NCBI GenBank assembly: GCA_014143165.1
Contig: GCA_014143165.1_4843.1
Strand: one strand, 5' to 3'
From: a phage
Length of the DNA: 45,838 nucleotides
The translations under genes were made by a program, and so were the position numbers. The notes beneath the pieces were generated by a model, which made no database searches, was not told the DNA's origin, and saw nothing but the letters and a program-made list of their open reading frames with translations. Every line of letters starts with the position of its first letter. Position 1 is the first letter of the stretch. Below, in pieces: positions 42,702 through 45,838 of this stretch.

Positions 42702-44563
42702 AATATACGCTAAGGCCATACCAACAAGAAGCTGTGGATTCAGCTATGGCACACATTCGCAGCACCATCTCCTCATGCGTTATCATCCTCCCGACAGGTG
42801 CAGGAAAATCTATGGTTGTGGCAGAACTTGCATCTCGTATTTATGGTATGAGCAAAAAGCGAGTTTTGTGTATTGCTCCCACAGCGGAACTCGTCACACA
42901 AAATCGCGCTAAATATCTTCTTACTGGAGAGCCAGCCAGCATGTTCAGTGCGAAGGCCGGACCAAAGAACCTGCGCCATCCGGTTGTTTTTGGCTCACCA
43001 GTTACAATCAAGAACTCAATAGAGATGTTTGGTGATAAGTATGGTGCTGTCATTATTGATGAGTGTGATGGAATAACACCAACCATTAAATTTATTATTA
43101 ATGAGATGAAGCGCCGAAATCCAAAGCTGCGTGTTATTGGGATGACCGCTACGCCTTATCGCCTTGGAACTGGATACATCTACAAAGAGCACTACCTAGA
43201 CGGTCCTACAGATGAAGAAACAGCCATAGACCCATATTACGACAAAGTCGTTTATGAGCTTGAAGCTAAATTTCTCATCGAAAATGGATATCTTACGCCA
43301 CCAGTTACAGATCCTGTTTTTGACGAGTATGATACGTCTTGTCTTGAAAAGGATAAGTTAGGTCGGTACACAACAGCTTCAGTTGAAAAGGCGATGGTTG
43401 GCAAGGGGAGGAAAACATCACGCATTGTTGAAGATATTATCCGTCGCTCTGTTAATCGGCGCGGAACGATGATTTTTGCCAGCACCAAGAAGCACGCTAT
43501 GGAGATAATGGAGTCGCTTCCTCCAGGTTCTTATAGCTATGTTTTTGGTGATATGCCAACATCAGATCGCAACAAGGCAATATCAGACTTCAAGTCGCAA
43601 AAAGTTAAATACATCGTCAACCAGAATATCCTTACTGTAGGGGTGGATGTTCCTCATTGTGATCACATAGCAGTAATGAGAGCCACAGAATCACCAAGAC
43701 TGTACCAGCAAATAATTGGCAGGGGGACGCGTCTTTATGAAGGTAAGCAAGACTTTCTTGTCAGCGATTACGCAGGCAATATTCAGCGACACTTTTCTGA
43801 GACCGGGGACTTGTTCACTCCAGAAATAAAAGCAACAAGGAAAAAACCATCAGTCCCAATGGATGTTAAATGCCCGTTATGTGGATTTATCAATGAATTT
43901 GGTGTGCGTCCTAATCCTGAAAATCTTGAAGTTGACAAGGAAGGTTACTGGCTTGATTTGGCTGGTGACAGAGTGATGATTGATATTTTTGATAAGTCAG
44001 GTGAAAAAATTGGAAGCAAACCTATGCCTGCTCATTTTGGCAGAAGATGTAAAAACTACGTTATGCAAGGTCCACTAAGAGAAATGCACAGATGTACTTA
44101 TAAATGGTCGGTAAAAGAGTGTCCTGATTGCGGGTTTGAAAATGATATAGCGGCAAGAAACTGCACATCATGCGGCGCTGAAATCATTGACCCAAACCAA
44201 AAGCTAAAGGAAGAAGCTGACAGGCTTGATTCTTCTCCTTATGCAACCAAGCAATCAAGCGTAACCATGATGAACATCATGAAGCATTACGTTTCAAGCG
44301 GTGAAGATTTGGTGCACGTAAAATTTGCTATTGAACAGAAACCATTTTTTGTTAGCAAGTTCTACAATCCAAACTCTGAGAAGGAATGGATGAAGAAGGA
44401 GTGGGAAGAGTTTTGTGAGAAGTGCTTTGGTGAATCCGACATGTCAATTGATGACGCAATAGCAAAAAGAGATGAGGCTGTCGCGCCATCAGTGATTATG
44501 TTCAGAAGAGATAAGGGTAGTAAATATTTCAACGTTAAAGGCATGTATTGGGGGGTATTATGA
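42698..44563 (+). CDS. SF2 DNA helicase with C-terminal zinc ribbons
   Basis: Walker A ILPTGAGKS, DExD-type IIDECD, motif III TATPYR, motif VI QQIIGRGTRL; C-terminal CPLCG and CPDCG...CTSCG. Confidence 0.8.
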   Translation: MKYTLRPYQQEAVDSAMAHIRSTISSCVIILPTGAGKSMVVAELASRIYGMSKKRVLCIAPTAELVTQNRAKYLLTGEPASMFSAKAGPKNLRHPVVFGSPVTIKNSIEMFGDKYGAVIIDECDGITPTIKFIINEMKRRNPKLRVIGMTATPYRLGTGYIYKEHYLDGPTDEETAIDPYYDKVVYELEAKFLIENGYLTPPVTDPVFDEYDTSCLEKDKLGRYTTASVEKAMVGKGRKTSRIVEDIIRRSVNRRGTMIFASTKKHAMEIMESLPPGSYSYVFGDMPTSDRNKAISDFKSQKVKYIVNQNILTVGVDVPHCDHIAVMRATESPRLYQQIIGRGTRLYEGKQDFLVSDYAGNIQRHFSETGDLFTPEIKATRKKPSVPMDVKCPLCGFINEFGVRPNPENLEVDKEGYWLDLAGDRVMIDIFDKSGEKIGSKPMPAHFGRRCKNYVMQGPLREMHRCTYKWSVKECPDCGFENDIAARNCTSCGAEIIDPNQKLKEEADRLDSSPYATKQSSVTMMNIMKHYVSSGEDLVHVKFAIEQKPFFVSKFYNPNSEKEWMKKEWEEFCEKCFGESDMSIDDAIAKRDEAVAPSVIMFRRDKGSKYFNVKGMYWGVL

Positions 44564-45015
44564 TTTTTCCAGAAGGCGTTAAGGTATATGGCGATTTAGA
44601 TTACAGAAACAAAAAGTGCCCGTCAGAAGATGCTGAGCTGGAGACTTTTGTTAATCAGATAAGGAAGCTATATCCTGACTTTGCAAGAGTTATGATTCAT
44701 GTGCCAAATGAAGGAAAGCGTAAAGGGTATGAAGTTGAAAACCTGAAGAAAAAGGGCGCGTTAAACTTCGGCGCCTCGGACATCATTATCGTCGGAAAGC
44801 AATCATTTGTTATGGAGATGAAAAGAATGGATCATACTTTATCAAAATGGCAGCCAGGTCAAATGGCATACCTCAAGGCTGCAAAAGAATTAGACTCCTT
44901 CGCGTGTGTATGCCTCGGTTGGGAAGCGGCGATGATGGCATTTAACGACTGGAGAGCAATAAATTACCCAAACTATAAAAAACCATCAGAGCCATTGATA
45001 TTTGATGGTTTTTAG
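44560..45015 (+). CDS. VRR-NUC domain nuclease
   Basis: ATG overlaps the helicase stop (ATGA); PD-(D/E)xK-type GASDIIIV...FVMEMKR; ends at TAG 45013-45015. Confidence 0.65.
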   Translation: MIFPEGVKVYGDLDYRNKKCPSEDAELETFVNQIRKLYPDFARVMIHVPNEGKRKGYEVENLKKKGALNFGASDIIIVGKQSFVMEMKRMDHTLSKWQPGQMAYLKAAKELDSFACVCLGWEAAMMAFNDWRAINYPNYKKPSEPLIFDGF

Positions 45016-45132
45016 CAACCACGCCAGCAATCAGGCCAACAACCGCAACGACAACAACAGCCACCAAAACAACAAAGCCCACAAGGAGGGAATGAGCCTC
45101 CTATGGACTTCGATGATTCAATACCCTTCTGA
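45016..45132 (+). other. in-frame post-amber extension encoding an SSB-type linker and acidic tail
   Basis: Same frame as VRR-NUC, directly after TAG: QPRQQSGQQPQRQQQPPKQQSPQGGNEPPMDFDDSIPF then TGA, then terminator. Confidence 0.35.
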
Positions 45133-45142
45133 TGATAAAACT

Positions 45143-45170
45143 AACCCCGCCGAAGCGGGGTTTTGTTTAT
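45143..45170 (+). terminator. rho-independent terminator (possibly bidirectional)
   Basis: CCCCGC-CGAA-GCGGGG hairpin followed by TTTTGTTTAT; abuts the stop of the minus-strand tail fibre gene. Confidence 0.55.
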
Positions 45171-45838
45171 TACTTCTGTTCAAGAGCAGAAAGTCTGGCT
45201 TCGATTCTTTCCAGTTTTCTTCGCTGATAAGCAGCTTCAGCAAAGAAAATTCCGTCAGGCCGAACACCCCATTCCTCACCCTCTTCGTGAATAACCACCT
45301 CGGTGTATACAGGTTCTTCCGTGGTAGTGACATTACCCTCATCGTCAGTGTGTTCAACGATTTCATTGTGCGAAAATACCATATCGGTAAACCGTGGATA
45401 CTTGTCATAGCACAGAACGGCATAACGACAATCCGTACTGTTTTCGTCCATCAGACCATGTGCAATGAATACATCACGAATTTGCTGAGCAATAACCCCG
45501 AAGTGAATACGAGCATCATTGCCTTTCAGTTGAACAGCATCTAACCACTGGTACATGATGTAGTGAACGTCACCCCAGGCATCCAGGAAAGCATCATCAA
45601 AAACTACCGGCTCTGTCTTTAATGTTCCGTCACTGGTAACCACAGGATTGGAGCCAAGATAAACTGTCGAGAACCTGTTTCTCGGACCACCAAGAGCATT
45701 TACATTATCACGATAAGGTTTAACATCTCCGTTCTCAAAAAGATGTTCGAGTGCGTTATATACCGCGCGACGTGGAGTACTGCTTCCGGAACCATGCAAC
45801 GTTATCATTGCACCATCTGCTGAAGACGTTGTTTCACC
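45170..45838 (-). CDS. tail fibre protein, C-terminal part with intramolecular-chaperone-like domain (gene enters from beyond the window end)
   Basis: Frame open from the window end to TAA at 45170-45172; C-terminal ...IHFGVIAQQIRDVFIAHGLMDE...AEAAYQRRKLERIEARLSALEQK resembles S74-type self-cleaving chaperone domains of tail fibres. Confidence 0.55.
   Translation of the reverse strand, partial: GETTSSADGAMITLHGSGSSTPRRAVYNALEHLFENGDVKPYRDNVNALGGPRNRFSTVYLGSNPVVTSDGTLKTEPVVFDDAFLDAWGDVHYIMYQWLDAVQLKGNDARIHFGVIAQQIRDVFIAHGLMDENSTDCRYAVLCYDKYPRFTDMVFSHNEIVEHTDDEGNVTTTEEPVYTEVVIHEEGEEWGVRPDGIFFAEAAYQRRKLERIEARLSALEQK

Noticed and set aside
45002-45544. 180-aa plus-strand ORF downstream of VRR-NUC
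   Set aside because: Starts before and reads through the terminator at 45143-45170 and lies antisense to the tail-fibre chaperone domain; low-complexity N-terminus.

Overview
The window reads as a nearly complete genome of a tailed dsDNA phage of siphovirus type (lambda/T1-like tail module), probably infecting an enterobacterium. Host is inferred from sigma70-type promoters and a protein tail matching the E. coli SSB C-terminus as recalled from memory. All calls rest on reading the six-frame translations and the DNA by eye; no database or HMM search was run. The minus strand carries a small early-gene block, terS/terL, portal, head morphogenesis, lysis cassette (endolysin, holin, embedded spanins), scaffold/protease, major capsid, head-tail connectors, major tail, tape measure, minor tail and tail-fibre genes. 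The plus strand carries a replication/recombination module (prim-pol primase, Sak4-like ATPase, Gp157, SSB-like DUF669, SF2 helicase, VRR-NUC) downstream of an iteron-rich AT-rich putative origin. Five plus-strand accessory units (four with a recognisable promoter, all with a terminator) are inserted antisense into the structural block. The most unusual is a ParB-like / C5-methyltransferase / truncated DnaN-like 'mini-clamp' operon (12.2-15.1 kb). Other notable items are an ORF-free promoter-to-terminator cassette that may encode a structured ncRNA (9.1-9.6 kb), an SSB-type linker and acidic tail encoded in frame after the amber stop of the VRR-NUC gene, a methyltransferase gene with motifs in two frames, and a frameshifted HNH endonuclease. 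No integrase, tRNA or CRISPR array was seen.
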